A stretch of DNA of 64,000 nucleotides from Neoconidiobolus thromboides FSU 785 (taxonomy: Eukaryota; Fungi; Entomophthoromycota), in the NCBI GenBank assembly GCA_025603075.1, contig MU626262.1:186001-250000 (forward strand), read 5' to 3'. The position numbers were made by a program, and so were the translations under genes. The stretch's first letter is position 1. The number at the start of each line of letters is the position of its first letter. Shown here one piece after another: positions 38,749 to 51,731 of this stretch. The notes beneath the pieces are model-generated. The model saw nothing but the letters and a program-made list of their open reading frames with translations, searched no databases and had not been told where the DNA came from.

Positions 38749-39303
38749 TTAAAATAAAATCACTGAAGCTAAATGATGATTTTCCAACACTTCTAATATA
38801 ACGTTATTATCAAATCCCATTAATTGAGTAGGTTGAAAGGGATTTGGATAATTCCCATAACTACGATCAAATAAAGCACCTCGACCAATTGGATTCCCCC
38901 ATTTCTCTAATACTTTCTCGTATTTACTATCACTATTAATCGACTCTTCTTGATACCAGGAACTCATGAGAGTCTCTAAATCTGACATTTCTTGTTTATT
39001 TTTATAATTCAAAAATTCAATATTGGCTTTTTGATAAACGTTAAAATTAAAATGATTTGGATAATTAATATGAAATATTAATTTTTTAACCTTATGAGTA
39101 ATACCATCAAATAATAAATCCATACCATAATTAAAATAATTAAAAAAATAGTCATTCGGATTAATTATTAAATTATTGTTATACTCTAAAGTAAAATAAA
39201 TTATATTAATATTATATTATTACTATTATATTATTATTAATCTTACCATCATTCATAAATAATTTGTTACTTAAACTTGATGAATAATAATATTCATTTG
39301 TCA

Positions 39304-39348
<45 letters not shown>

Positions 39349-41448
39349 TTCTCTTATGAATATCCATTCTATAATCATCTTTATAAAAGATTTTATTAGG
39401 ATAACCTAAATCCGCTAATATATCTTGTGATAAATTATGATTTAATTGAATCCACAATCCATTCATTGGTTTTTCATATATATTAGGTAATATAAATGCT
39501 CCAAACTTAGGCTATTTAAAAATATAAAATATTAATATATTATATTATATTATATTTCATTAATAAAATATTATACTATTTTCATTATTTTTTATACTTA
39601 CAATTATTTTAATCCTTGTCAAATGAGAATACATAAACTCTGGAAGTTCACTTATTACTGGATCTTTACTCTTCACCATTGGATAGGGATAAATAGAAAT
39701 TCGATGACATAGAGGAGAAGATAAGTTATTATTGTCTTGATGTTTTATAATTTGTTGAACTAATTGATTTTCATTTAATTGTTGATGGATTTTAAAATGA
39801 AATGATAACCCTGGATAACTTAATATGTATTGATCTTTTTTGTTATTGAAGGTACCAGGGTAAGTAGGACCTAAGATACGATGAACTAGACCAGAAGTTA
39901 ATTGAGTTTCTTCAGAACTAATAGAATATACAATAAAGTAATTAATATATTATTCATTACTTATTATTATTTTAAACTTACCTACAAATTTTATTTTGAT
40001 AACTTAACCTTACCCTAGATAAATCTTGTATTGATATTTCCACCAAGATTTGTAAAGAGGGATCAAAATATAATACAATTCCATTATTACGTAAATTTAA
40101 TGTAAAATATTGCTTTAAAGGTTCCTAGTTAATAATATTTTTAATAAAATATTTATTACTTAATTATTAATTATTAATTATTGTTTTTTATTTATTGCCA
40201 TTTTTAAAAACTTACTTTATTATCATGTGAAAAATCTACACATGGTATAATCATTGAATTATAATTTAAATTAGCAATAACTGAATTTAATGTTTGTCCT
40301 ATAAAATATTATTTTATTATTTTATTATTATATTATGTTTTAATGTTTTAATATTACCTAAATAAAAGGCGCCTAAAGCTTTACCTGCTTTAATTTCCAA
40401 ATCTAACATACCATTCACTAATTTTAATTTTGTTAAATGATTATTAACATTTGATGAAAGAGTGGAATTGATATTGAAATTGGCTTTTTTTCTTTCTGAA
40501 TTATTATTGAAACTATTCTTTTTAATTTCATTATTATGCTTTGTTTTTGTAATTTCAATTTCTTTACTTTCATCTTCATCTTCATCTAATACAATGATCT
40601 TTTCTTCATCTTCTAATGCAATTTTCTCTTCTTTTGTATTAACTTCACCTACTTCTTCGCTTAAATTATGTTCATTATTTTCAACTATATTTTCAACTAT
40701 ATCTTCAACTATATCTTCTTCAAATTCAAATCCGTTAATGTCTTTTACATTTTTAACATCAGCTATTTCTTGTTTTCGAACTGTGTCACTATCATTAATC
40801 ACTCTAGTTTCAACCCATTTCTTATTTTCTTGTATCGGATTGCTTTCCTCTTCAATTTCTTCCACCTTTTCTTTCTTTTGATCTACTTTTTCTAAAACTT
40901 CTTCTTTTTTTTCAATTTCTTCCTTCTTTTTTTCTTCTTTAATTTCAGCTTGGACTTTTTGCTCATTCAATTCTAAATCCTCTTCCATTGTTTCTTCCAT
41001 TGTTTCTTCCATTTTATTATAATCGTCATCGCTTAAATTCTTTTCAATAATATGTTTATCTCCTAGTTATAAAAAAATAATTAAAAACAAAATTTGTGTC
41101 CTACTAAATAAGTTAAAATTTACTTTTCACTTCCATCAACTCGTTTTTAACTTCTTCTACCTCACCATTCATTAGTTCTCGAATGTTATCACTCTCTATC
41201 GATACAGGTGATAATGATTTTTCGCTTGATAATAAAGGTGAATTGGATGCATTACTATTCTTTCCAGTGTTTAAAGAAGATAAAGAGGTGTTGGAATTAG
41301 AACTACTATTATTAGCACTAATTTTACTGCTGTTGATCGAGGGTGTTGAGGGATTTGAGTTGGAGTTGGAGTTGGAGTTGGAATTAGTATTGATACTAGT
41401 ATTTTGTTTTTTTGATTTGGATTGTTTATTCTTCTTTTTAGTGCTCAT
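38749..41448 (-). CDS. PHAF1/C16orf70 (UPF0183) homolog with long low-complexity N-terminal extension, multi-exon
   Basis: MLDLEIKAGKALGAFYLG, NGIVLYFDP, ILGPTYPG, LGYPNKIFYK, DYFFNYFNYGMDLLFDGITHKVKKLIFHINYPNHFNFNVY. Upstream ORFs 41448-41113 and 41063-40358 join in frame. Confidence 0.8.
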
Positions 41449-41746
41449 ATTTTATACTTATTTAAAGTAGAAACAAAATCGATTTATAGTTGTATAAATA
41501 GTATAAATAAAATGGGTTGAAATAGATTAAAAGACAAAAATTTAAATTTAATGTATTATTTATATTTTTATTCTCATTCTTCCGTTATTTTAATTTCCTA
41601 AAAAAAATATTCAAACTGCGACTCAAAACCATACTGCAAGCTTTAGTCATAAAAAAATTTAAGCTGTATTAATTCAAAAAAATATATCTAACAAATCCAA
41701 CTTTATTCCAACAATTTAAAAAAATAACAAAAATAATATTCAACTT

Positions 41747-42364
41747 CTACACCAACAACAACTTTTCAAACACATTGGAATAACATTTATGAATAAAGAT
41801 AGCAATAAAAGCAGAAAAATAAGTCCAAACGACCAAATTAATACCAGCCAAAAATTTAATTAACCAAATTAAATCATAAATCCTATAAACCAATTTACTA
41901 ATAATTTCTAAATTCTCTTCCATCTCGATTGTTGCACTCAAAGAGAAGATATGTTCATTATTTTGAAATAATATTAATGTAGCTAAAAACCAATGAAAAC
42001 CAATGATAAGATGACTTATTAATAAAAAATTAGCATAACTCGAATGACTAACTGGTATCCCCGCTTGATTATATTTAAATCTTGTACGTATCATTATAAA
42101 TAAAAATAACAAGCCAAAGGTTTGAGTAAGTAAACTGATATAAATTATAAAGCCATAAATTAGATAATTATTTGTTATTATGTTTTGTGAATATAATTGA
42201 TTGTAATTATTACTCAAGATAATCACATTAAATAAAATTAATAAACTTGTAAATGAGGTAACGATTTGTAAAATGTGGCCATAGACGAGAATCGTTTCAA
42301 TAACATTTTTATTACTTTTTTGAGTGTTGTTTGTTGTTGTAAGAGCAGGAGTCATTGTTTCCAT
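41747..42364 (-). CDS. Uncharacterized 4-TM membrane protein (MARVEL-like topology)
   Basis: 205-aa ATG-initiated ORF with four hydrophobic segments. Confidence 0.65.
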   Translation of the reverse strand: METMTPALTTTNNTQKSNKNVIETILVYGHILQIVTSFTSLLILFNVIILSNNYNQLYSQNIITNNYLIYGFIIYISLLTQTFGLLFLFIMIRTRFKYNQAGIPVSHSSYANFLLISHLIIGFHWFLATLILFQNNEHIFSLSATIEMEENLEIISKLVYRIYDLIWLIKFLAGINLVVWTYFSAFIAIFIHKCYSNVFEKLLLV

Positions 42365-42635
42365 GATAGATAAAAATAGAAGTTGAATATTTTAATAAAT
42401 TCAAGACCCTTAGTAATTTATTTTCATGTTAAAATTACTCCAGAAACTAAAGATAATATCTGGCCAATCAAATAGTATCAAATCATGGCATTTAAAACAC
42501 CAATCAATTACTGTACTTTTGGTTAAGTTTAGTTTTAATATTAAGTTACATCAATATTGTAAGATCAGCTTATAATTTAATTTATGAAATTATATAATTT
42601 TATAAACATTGTAATTAAAATGTATTGTTACTTTC

Positions 42636-42719
42636 AAACATTATTAACATTACAAAAGTTATTTAATTATTACTATTAAACATTATTAACATTACAAAAG
42701 TTATTTAATTATTATTACT
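42636..42719. repeat. 42-bp tandem duplication
   Basis: aaacattattaacattacaaaagttatttaattatta(c/t)ta.. occurs twice. Confidence 0.85.
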
Positions 42720-42974
42720 AAACATATTACAACTCTTATTAAAATTTAATAGAAATAGTATTAAACCAATTAAACTAATATTATTTATTAATTACATTCC
42801 ATTCAACATTATTACTATATAATATATAATTTATATTATATATAACAGCTAGTATTATTTACCATACTTAATAGTAATCTTTTTTATCATCTGTATCACT
42901 TTACTCTTAATTCATTACTATATTATTATTGAAATAATATTCTAATATAAATCAATTACATATTCCATTATTCA

Positions 42975-44141
42975 TTAATTAAGTAGTCCAGCTTGTGAAT
43001 TATTAGTATTAGTATTAGTAGTATGAACACTAGTTTGAGCTACTGAAACTTTGGTATCGTATTGAGTTACTTGGATACTTTCTTCTTCATCAGAGCTATA
43101 GGATATAGTCGATTTACTACGTTTAAGTTTATGTAAAAAAGGGACCCTTAAATAAGGTATATTTTTAGGTGGTAACTTATCTTGTTTAGACATAGTTGTA
43201 ATCCCATAAATTAAAACTATAATACCTAATACATTAGTTAAATGGATCCACCATGGATAAGCATCAAATTGATTAAAATAGATCATCGAATTCGCTAATC
43301 CAAAAATATTATATGTACATGCAAACGTAGGTACTGAAACTACAGAATCAGCATATTTTAAACCTGCATTAAGACAATAGATTTGTAATATAACGCTTAA
43401 ACCTAGGGCAATTACAATAACAATTGATACAATGTCGGCTAATGTACTAGCATCTTTAAATGAAGCTACAATTAATTTGATACCACTTTTAGCTAAGATT
43501 AAAGTCTCAGAAGCAAAGATACCACCTAAAGCAGAGATTGAAATACCCAAAATACGCGTCAACTTTAATGTATCAAATCTATAAAATAAATATGATTGTT
43601 TTAAATCTTTTCCTTTTTCCAAAAATAACTTAGTATAAATTCCCAGACCAAATAAACATAAACAAACAAAATTTAAACAAGCAAAATAAATTTTAAATTC
43701 TAATCGAGATAATAATTCTCTCAATGTAAATAAGGTTAAATTGGCTTCAATATCTTCTTGAGGACCAAAGAAAGCACCCAATAATACAATAATTAAGATA
43801 GCTAATAAAATCAAGGTAGTTCCAAACAAATCCACTTTAGTTATATTAGTACCCACTAACACTCTAGCAAATATAAAATTGAAAACTAAAGACAAAGCAC
43901 CTAATGGAGCTAGCCATTGTGCTTTTAAAAAATTCAATGCTACCGTATTTCCAATGGCTTGTGAACCACAATAAACATATAGGCCTAAATGCCAATTTAA
44001 TCGACAACAATCATGTCTAGGCTTCACTGCTACTGAGTTTTGTAAATGATCTCTCTTTTGAATATTTAAACCTAAGGCATCTAAACAGGAAGCTAATAAA
44101 GATACAACTACACCAATAAATATTTTTAAAGGTTCATCCAT
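42975..44141 (-). CDS. NIPA/DUF803-family Mg2+ transporter-like protein; intronless
   Basis: Likely ATG at 44141. GLNIQKRDH, WHLG, LAPLGALSLVFNFIFARVLVG, LQIYCLNAGLKY, NSMIYFNQF. Confidence 0.88.
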   Translation of the reverse strand: MDEPLKIFIGVVVSLLASCLDALGLNIQKRDHLQNSVAVKPRHDCCRLNWHLGLYVYCGSQAIGNTVALNFLKAQWLAPLGALSLVFNFIFARVLVGTNITKVDLFGTTLILLAILIIVLLGAFFGPQEDIEANLTLFTLRELLSRLEFKIYFACLNFVCLCLFGLGIYTKLFLEKGKDLKQSYLFYRFDTLKLTRILGISISALGGIFASETLILAKSGIKLIVASFKDASTLADIVSIVIVIALGLSVILQIYCLNAGLKYADSVVSVPTFACTYNIFGLANSMIYFNQFDAYPWWIHLTNVLGIIVLIYGITTMSKQDKLPPKNIPYLRVPFLHKLKRSKSTISYSSDEEESIQVTQYDTKVSVAQTSVHTTNTNTNNSQAGLLN

Positions 44142-45249
44142 TTTTTTCTTGATATTAAGTGTGAAGTGAGATAAACTCAAAGTTAGTAAAAGTGGTTGAA
44201 ATAAAACAAGAGGAAACAAGGAATAAAATATAGAAATCAAAAGCCCACTTTTAAGTCCTGAAGTTTCTATTAAAAAAATTTAAGAAAATCTTAAAGTGAT
44301 CTTTTTGTTATTTATACTTTAACTACCACTATTGATTCTATTGATTGGTTAGGTTATTACTACTAAATTTAGAGTGATATAAAGGTAAAAATTTCAATCA
44401 TGTTCTATAGAATTATAGATCAGCCTTTAAATTATTCTTAGGAAAGCCAATCATGGGTTCAAATTTTGTAAATTTATTGAAATTGCTTGGCTAAAAATAG
44501 ATACTGTTCTAATTTTAATAAATCTTCTACTCTCTTACTAAAGTTGCTTTAATAACATTATCAGTTATTGACTATTTTTACAATACTAATCATTGATTAT
44601 TTTAATAACGTTTAATTTATTATCATTTCTATTGGAATATAGCATAATAATGATGTTAGTTTGAGTTATTGACTCTACGATTGGAATTCTTATTTGATGC
44701 TTTAAAGTATTTTAATAATTAAAATAGGAAGTCTTGGCATCAATATTATGTTAGTTAATACTTGGTCGAATTAATTCAAGCTTATTCTAATTACTAGTAA
44801 TATTCGGTGGAAATATAATATACAAATATAATATTTTACTTTTCTGTCTTTGAAATATATTAAAATAATAATTATGGCTTTTATTAAATTAATAAAAGGC
44901 ATTGGAAGTTCTATAGATACAATTTGAGTTCCATTAGTTAAAAAACATAATAATAAACTTAATGTAACAATAATAACAAGAATGACTACCAAGAAAAATC
45001 TCGCTTCAAATACTAATAGTCAAGAGAACTAAGTCTTCTAATAAATATAATAAGATAAATCCGATTGCTATTTTTTTGCTTGATATAATATCGCCAATAT
45101 TTCTAAGGAAATTCTGGATTTAATTAAGTCAAAATCAAAATTGATGTGATATAACGGATATCTAATTTAAATTGAAGTGTTAAAATTCAAACAGATTAAA
45201 TTAAGTTTAAAAATAATTAATTTTCAGTTATTTTAAAACTAATCAGTCT

Positions 45250-45690
45250 TGTTATCAACATTTTCTTATAATTTCTATTTAATAGTGGTGTTAATAAGAA
45301 CTAGAATAAATAGCAACATCATATTACATATTAAGACAATATGTTATATAAACTCTTTTAATCTTATAAATTCAAGTCTTTTACATAAATAAACATTTAT
45401 ATTGATTTTGACTAAATTTATTAAAGTTACATCATTTAATTGACTAAATTTGTCCTGGCAACTTATTAGATTTGTAGTTAACGAGCTTTCTCTTTTAAAA
45501 TTTTCAATAAGTACCCCATCAGTGGTTTTTGTTACCAGCATAAAAAATTACAAAATTAGCGAAATGAACTTTCTCTTCTTTAAATAACTTGGGATAGAGT
45601 TATAATTAGAATTCGATTATCTTAATGATTTAAACAGTTCTTTAGGACGGTGATTTAAGTATGTCAACCTAGTCAACATACTGAATTTAG
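45250..45690 (-). pseudogene. Possible decayed coding frame
   Basis: One frame continues for more than 140 codons, broken only by TAA/TAG stops; no family recognised. Confidence 0.3.
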
Positions 45691-45961
45691 GAACATTGAG
45701 AATGCACTGAATATTTATTTAATATTATATAAATGCCATCGCTTGAGATAATCTATAATAGCAAAGTTTCAAAAAAACCACAGTAAATATCAAAACAAAC
45801 CACAATAAACATAAAAAAACCAAAATCCGAATATTAAAAATAACAACAAAATAAAGATATGTGTGTATGTTTAAAATTTATAATTTAAAATAAATTTAAT
45901 CTCAAATCTTTATAAATTAACAAAGAAATTGAACTATTACTTCATCAAAGTTTGAGTACTA

Positions 45962-46896
45962 TTAACAACATTTGCCTTCTTTTTTTGTTTCACTTTCAGT
46001 AGGACCAATTTTGATAGCTTCAGTTTTAGTACCTGGATTTAATGTATCTACATTTCCTTGTAATGTTTTACTAGCTACTCCTCGATAAATTTCTATATAA
46101 TTTTTAACATTAATTTAGCTATTTTTTTAGATTTAAAATCAGCTACTAACCTGTTAAAATTTCTTTAAATGCAACATCAACATTGGTTGCATCAAGTGCC
46201 GAAGTTTCAATAAAACTTAATCCATTTTCGCCTATTTATCAAAAAATAATAAACTACTTATTTTTAGTTTAAAAAAATAATTGCTTACTTGCATATTGTT
46301 TTCCTTCTTCAGCAGAAACAGAACGAAGGTGACGAAGATCACATTTGTTACCAACCAATAAAATGACAATATTTGGTTCTGCATGATCGCGAAGTTCCTT
46401 TAACCAACGTGTTACGTTTTCAAAAGTAGTATGTTTAGTAACATCATAAACTAGTAATGCTCCAACTGCACCACGATAATAGCTAATAATTAAATCAACA
46501 TTTGTTTATTCTTATTTTAAAAGTCATAAAAATTTAAAGACTTACGCACTGGTAATAGCACGATAACGTTCTTGTCCAGCTATAAGAATAAAAAGTTAAA
46601 TATTTATTTAGTTCATCTATTGTTATTTGATTACCAGTATCCCAAATTTGTGCTTTTATTGATTTTCCTTCTACTTGAATATTTCTAGTAGCAAATTCGA
46701 CACCGATGGTTGATTTTGATTCGAGATTAAACTCATCTCTAGTAAATCGAGACAATAGATTGGATTTACCAACGGAAGAATCTCCAATTAAAACAACTAA
46801 ACAAAAGGAGCCGATATTAAGTTATACTCTTTTTAAAAAAAATTAACTATTAAACTTACCCTTAAAAAGATAATCATATTCGTCGTCTTTACTCAT
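45962..46896 (-). CDS. RAB11: Rab11/Ypt31-type GTPase, multi-exon
   Basis: [73 protein letters not shown], terminal KCC*. Confidence 0.95.
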
Positions 46897-48134
46897 TATA
46901 TATAGCTAGTTACTTAATTAAAATGATGAGTTATTTTTTTTATCTTATTTTTTACGTTAATCCTTGTTGCTTAGATTTTTATGGAACTATTACAATGGTC
47001 CAATAATCAACGTCTGATTACTTTATTATCAATATTATTCGTTTAATTTATCCACCTAATTTATTTTTTTAGCTTTTTTGATTCATTGCCCAATCAATTT
47101 AATTTCCTAAATTATGACATTTATTTTTCAATAATTTTTAATTAATTACTATTAACTGTATAGCAATTGTCATTTAGTTTATAAATTTATTTTTTTATAA
47201 AGGGTAAGGCTATTATGATCAACTATCTATAGCTATATTAATGACATTTGTATTTCTTCTATCAAAATGTTAGTAATGTAGTGTGTATTATTCCTTAAAA
47301 CTATGTTTTTTTATAAATTGTTGAAAAAGTTTAATAAATTAAAGAATTTATGTATGAATGGTATTGGTTACTTAGTTAAAATAGGAAGTTACAATCCTTT
47401 TTAATTAAAGTTCTTTTAAATATACAAGTAATTTATTGCAAAAATGTATTGAAAAATTAATATTTTGTTTATTTTTTGTGATACAAAAATACTACTATAA
47501 TAAATAATATTAAAAATTTATACCAATATGATTTTTCTTTACAGCTTGGCTTCTATATGTTATACTCTACTGCTTAATAATTAGTTTAGTATTATTTAAG
47601 CTTTATTTTAAATGTAGTGATATTAATCAAATATACATTAACAAATGTATTCGACTATAAACTAATAGAAAGTAATGCTTCTTATTATATAAACAAAATG
47701 TAGCGTTTTTGATAATTTTTGGCTGTACAGAGCAATTTTTATTTTTCCAATTCTATTTTTTTAAAACAGTATAAAGCTTTTGGAATCTTTTTGCTGAAAA
47801 ATCAGTTGAAAGAGGACTTTAATAAGAATCCGTTTTTGGAGTATTTGTACTGAAAAAATAGAATTGAGTTTTAGAAAGAGTTTTATTTTTATAATTAACC
47901 CAGTTCACAGTTTAAGTATTTGACTAAATAAAATAATACTAATAATTACCTCATAATTTTTAGCCACCCAAGCCACTTAAATGATTATTTTTTTGTGCCT
48001 TTTTGGAAAATGTAAAACCTTGAACAAAAATTGAAATGGAATTAATTGTACAAGCATAAATTCTAAGCAAGAGGGGTGACTAAAAAAGTTTGCTTGAAAA
48101 AAATATTAATCTTTTGTACTATTTAACTTTTAGA

Positions 48135-48864
48135 ATGAAGATCCTATCAATTTCAATTACTCGTAATGATAATAAACCAGCTATCAATTTAGCTTCCGTA
48201 TCCAATTTATCAAGTTTTGGTTTTTTTGAACGTTCTAGGTAAGTAATTAAGTTTTCTAAAACAAACTGTTTAATTCTTTTTAATTTAGCGTTCAAGAATT
48301 TATCAATTTCTTTTCAATTACAATTTCTGAAAGAACACCATCAGGGCAACGCCAAACTGTTGAACAAGATGGTAAACATTATTTTGATTTTAATTAAAAT
48401 TGAAATTAAAATCTAAAAGGCATGTTTGGTCATGTACATTCAAGACCAGAAGGTATTTCTATAATGATCATTTCAGATGCAGAATACCCTTCAAGGGTAG
48501 CATTTACTTTGATCTCTAAAATTGGTGAAGAGTTTATTTCCCAAGTACCAAAAACAAATTGGAAAGCTAATGTTGGCTTTGCTCCATTACAAGAATATTT
48601 GGTTACTTATCAAGATCCTCATAAAGCCGATCCTATTATGAAAGTACAAAAAGAGTTGGATGATACTAGAATTATTATGGTAAATTATCATTACCATTTA
48701 TTGTTTATTTATTTGATTTTTTATAGCATAAAACTATTGAGTCTGTATTAGAAAGAGGAGAAAAACTAGATAACCTTGTTAACCGTTCAGAGCAGCTTTC
48801 TTCTCACTCTAAACTGTTTTATAAATCAGCCAAGTCTACAAATTCATGTTGTAGAATTATGTAA
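48135..48864 (+). CDS. YKT6: R-SNARE Ykt6 (longin + SNARE + CCAIM-type motif), 4 exons
   Basis: [59 protein letters not shown]. Confidence 0.96.
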
Positions 48865-49102
48865 TTTAGTCAATAACTGAATTAATAAATTAATAAATTT
48901 TTAATTATAAGAATACCATTTTTAACTAATAGACAATCTTAATTTATTATAGAAGTGATAGAAAGAAAATAGTTGTGATTTGGCAATATGTGAGTAAGGA
49001 TTTAGTGTAATGGTGAATGATTGGTATTTTACAGAAACTGAAAACTAGCATCATAATAAAAGCTAACTTATTTTACAGATAAAATATTAAAATTGAATAC
49101 AA

Positions 49103-50118
49103 TTACAAGATACTTGGAGACTTACTTTGATTTCTACTCTTTTCGAACATAGAGAAATCAAAAGATTTATATTTAACTCGATTCCTTTCCTTTCTTTCAC
49201 TTTCGATCATTTTTCTACTTTGTTTTATATCATTCATAACAGGTACAGTTATCTGAGCAGAAAGCTCGGAAGGTACTAAACTAACCCAAGACTCTCGCTT
49301 TATATTTCTGACTTTTGCATCCACCTCTTTTACTTGAGTATTTGCTATTTCAAGCTTATATAGATATTGTTTTAATTGGTCTTCTAATTGGTTGTTTTCA
49401 TTTAATTTCTTTTCATACGTATATTCCAATTTATTTATATCAAATATTTTACCATCAGCTACTAATTGATGCTAAGTAAAAAATAATAATTAGTATATAT
49501 AAACTATGTTAAAAGCAAGTGATTTACCCTAAGTTCTTCACATTTAACAATGACTAAAAACATGTTGAAAAAATAAAATAGTCTTAAAATAATGATTATA
49601 AAATCAATTAATAGAAATTCTAATTTTATATTAAAACTAAAATACAGATTTGGCAGTATTATTAAAATTAAACTTAATAAGTCATAATAGACCCAAAGCC
49701 TTTGTTTCATTGCTTTTAATGAGACTGCTTTCATTGCAAATTCTACCATTAATAGTATTAAAAAAGGTAGTGTTAGTAGCCCGCTATATTTGAAATATTT
49801 GAGCCTTAATGAAGCTGAAATAAATGAAAAAAGAATCAGTGGTGTTATTTGAAATATCAAATAATAAAGCTTACTCCAAACAAATTCTAGGACAATAACA
49901 TAAAAATAAAAAATAAATAAATAGAAGCTTATGTAGTAAAATCTAAAAGACGAAACTAAATAAGGGATATTGTAAGGGTAATCCAGTCTATTTGAAGAAT
50001 CTATAGTATCTGTGGGCTCTTCTCCATCGGTTCTTTTATTCAAAGATAAATTGGGATCTAAATAAATGCCACCATGTTTATCAACCCAGAGTTTAATTCT
50101 TTGTTTAAAACTAGTCAT
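49103..50118 (-). CDS. Voltage-sensor-domain-like 4-TM protein with C-terminal coiled coil (Hv1-like, degenerate)
   Basis: ORF 50118-49504 splices (AGG|gtaaat...cttag|CAT) in phase 0 to the coiled-coil ORF ending at 49103. S2-like LLMVEFAMK, S3-like YYDLLSLIL, S4-like IIILRLF. Confidence 0.6.
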
Positions 50119-50259
50119 TCAGTTAGAATATGTAGAAAAACAAAACAAAAATATAATTTATTTTATTTAAATACAATTATTTATAAATTAATAATAAATG
50201 TCAATCTTTACCCAAATCAGAATTTAATTGAAATATATTTACAACTTTTTAACATGAAG

Positions 50260-50352
50260 ATGAGTGTTTTTTTGGTTTCATCACTTTTTTACCTTTTAAA
50301 CACTATTTCAGTGGAGAAATTTTAGTAAAATTATTAAATGAAAAAAGACATT
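50260..50352 (+). mobile_element. MITE family A copy 21 (degenerate)
   Basis: tttggtttcatcacttttttaccttttaaacactatttcagtggagaaattttagtaaaatt. Confidence 0.7.
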
Positions 50353-50782
50353 GGCAGTATTTTATTTTTCCTCGATTTTATTATTATTCAAGTTGATCTT
50401 TGATTTACATTAAAATAATGCCCCTATAATTAATTTAATATACTTTCTTAATTGAAATATAAGATTAATCATAGGTGGATTGTTTACTATTTAAAGTAAA
50501 TTTATTCCGTATCTAATACATTAAAAGCTGGTTTATTTCTATTGATAATGTGACGGTTATATTGGATTATAGATATAAATGCGCTAAAGAGAATAGACAT
50601 ATGATATCAGAAGGCTAGGATACTAGTTAATGAACAGTTTGAATTAAACAGGGTAAACGCTATGATAGTAAATATTAAACGAAGTAATCTCATTTTGAAA
50701 GTGAATCTTAACAAAAGCATCTGTTATATTATCTTAGTACAAATTATATATATTTCATGTAAATAATGTTACTAAATACGAT

Positions 50783-50878
50783 AAGGGTTTTTTTGGCTTT
50801 ATTGCTTTTTCTATCTTTCAAGCGCTATTTAGGTGGAAAAATTCTTAGTAAAATTTCTATACACAAAAATACATTCCC
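50783..50878 (+). mobile_element. MITE family A copy 22
   Basis: Consensus match ending tacattccc|atat. Confidence 0.85.
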
Positions 50879-51731
50879 ATATGTTCATCAGCATGTAGTT
50901 GGAGAAAAGATAGAATTTTATTGAATTAAATTATATGGGATGGTGTACTTTAACTACTTCCATTTAAAAATTATTGCTTCTAAGGGTTTATAAATAGTCA
51001 TGCTCAAAGGTGAATAAGTTTATATTTTAAACAATTAAAATCTTTTATTCAAATTTAATTGAATAAAACGAGTGTCATGATAGAACGTTAAATTGTAAAA
51101 AGTGATATAAAAGAATCGTTTCGAGTGGAGTGTAGATAAAAGATTGCACATTATCATTTAAAGCAAGTATTTAACACTTTAATTGTGCTTTGCACTTATG
51201 TGTAGTAATACATTATTATTAAGGTTGACGAACATTTTATAATTTTAAAATACCAGATCCAAGATTTTATATTGGGCTTTATGCATAGTTAATGCTTAAA
51301 ATTGAGCTGGAGCAGTAGTAACTTTTGCGTCATCTCCACAGCAGCAAACAATTTAAATAAGCAGTAGATTAGAACAACTTAACAACTGTATTTATTATTA
51401 TTAGATGGTGACTTCTTTTTCATAGAGCCAAAAAGTAATAGAAATTAAACTTTGTTATGATATTTTAGAAATATAGTATACAAGATATTATTCTATTCTA
51501 TTATTATTATTATTTGGTAAAGAAAAATTAATAATCAAGTTGAAATAAACACATTGAGATTTTTGGTGGTTTGAAATTTTTTAATAAAAGAGCAAATAAA
51601 AAAGAAGCTTCAATTAAAAAATTAAAATCGGAGTAATAAAAAAAAGAATAACGATCATTTTCTATAAATTTATATACTTTAATTAATATTAATAAAATTT
51701 CAAGTTTTAAATTCGTTAATTCTATTTTATA

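Noticed and set aside
37207-39345. (AAT)n poly-Asn tracts in Nudix and PHAF1
   Set aside because: Ordinary slippage repeats in an AT-rich genome.
38749-48864. Apparent trafficking cluster (PHAF1, Rab11, Ykt6)
   Set aside because: These are unrelated housekeeping genes interspersed with others; there is no evidence of functional clustering.
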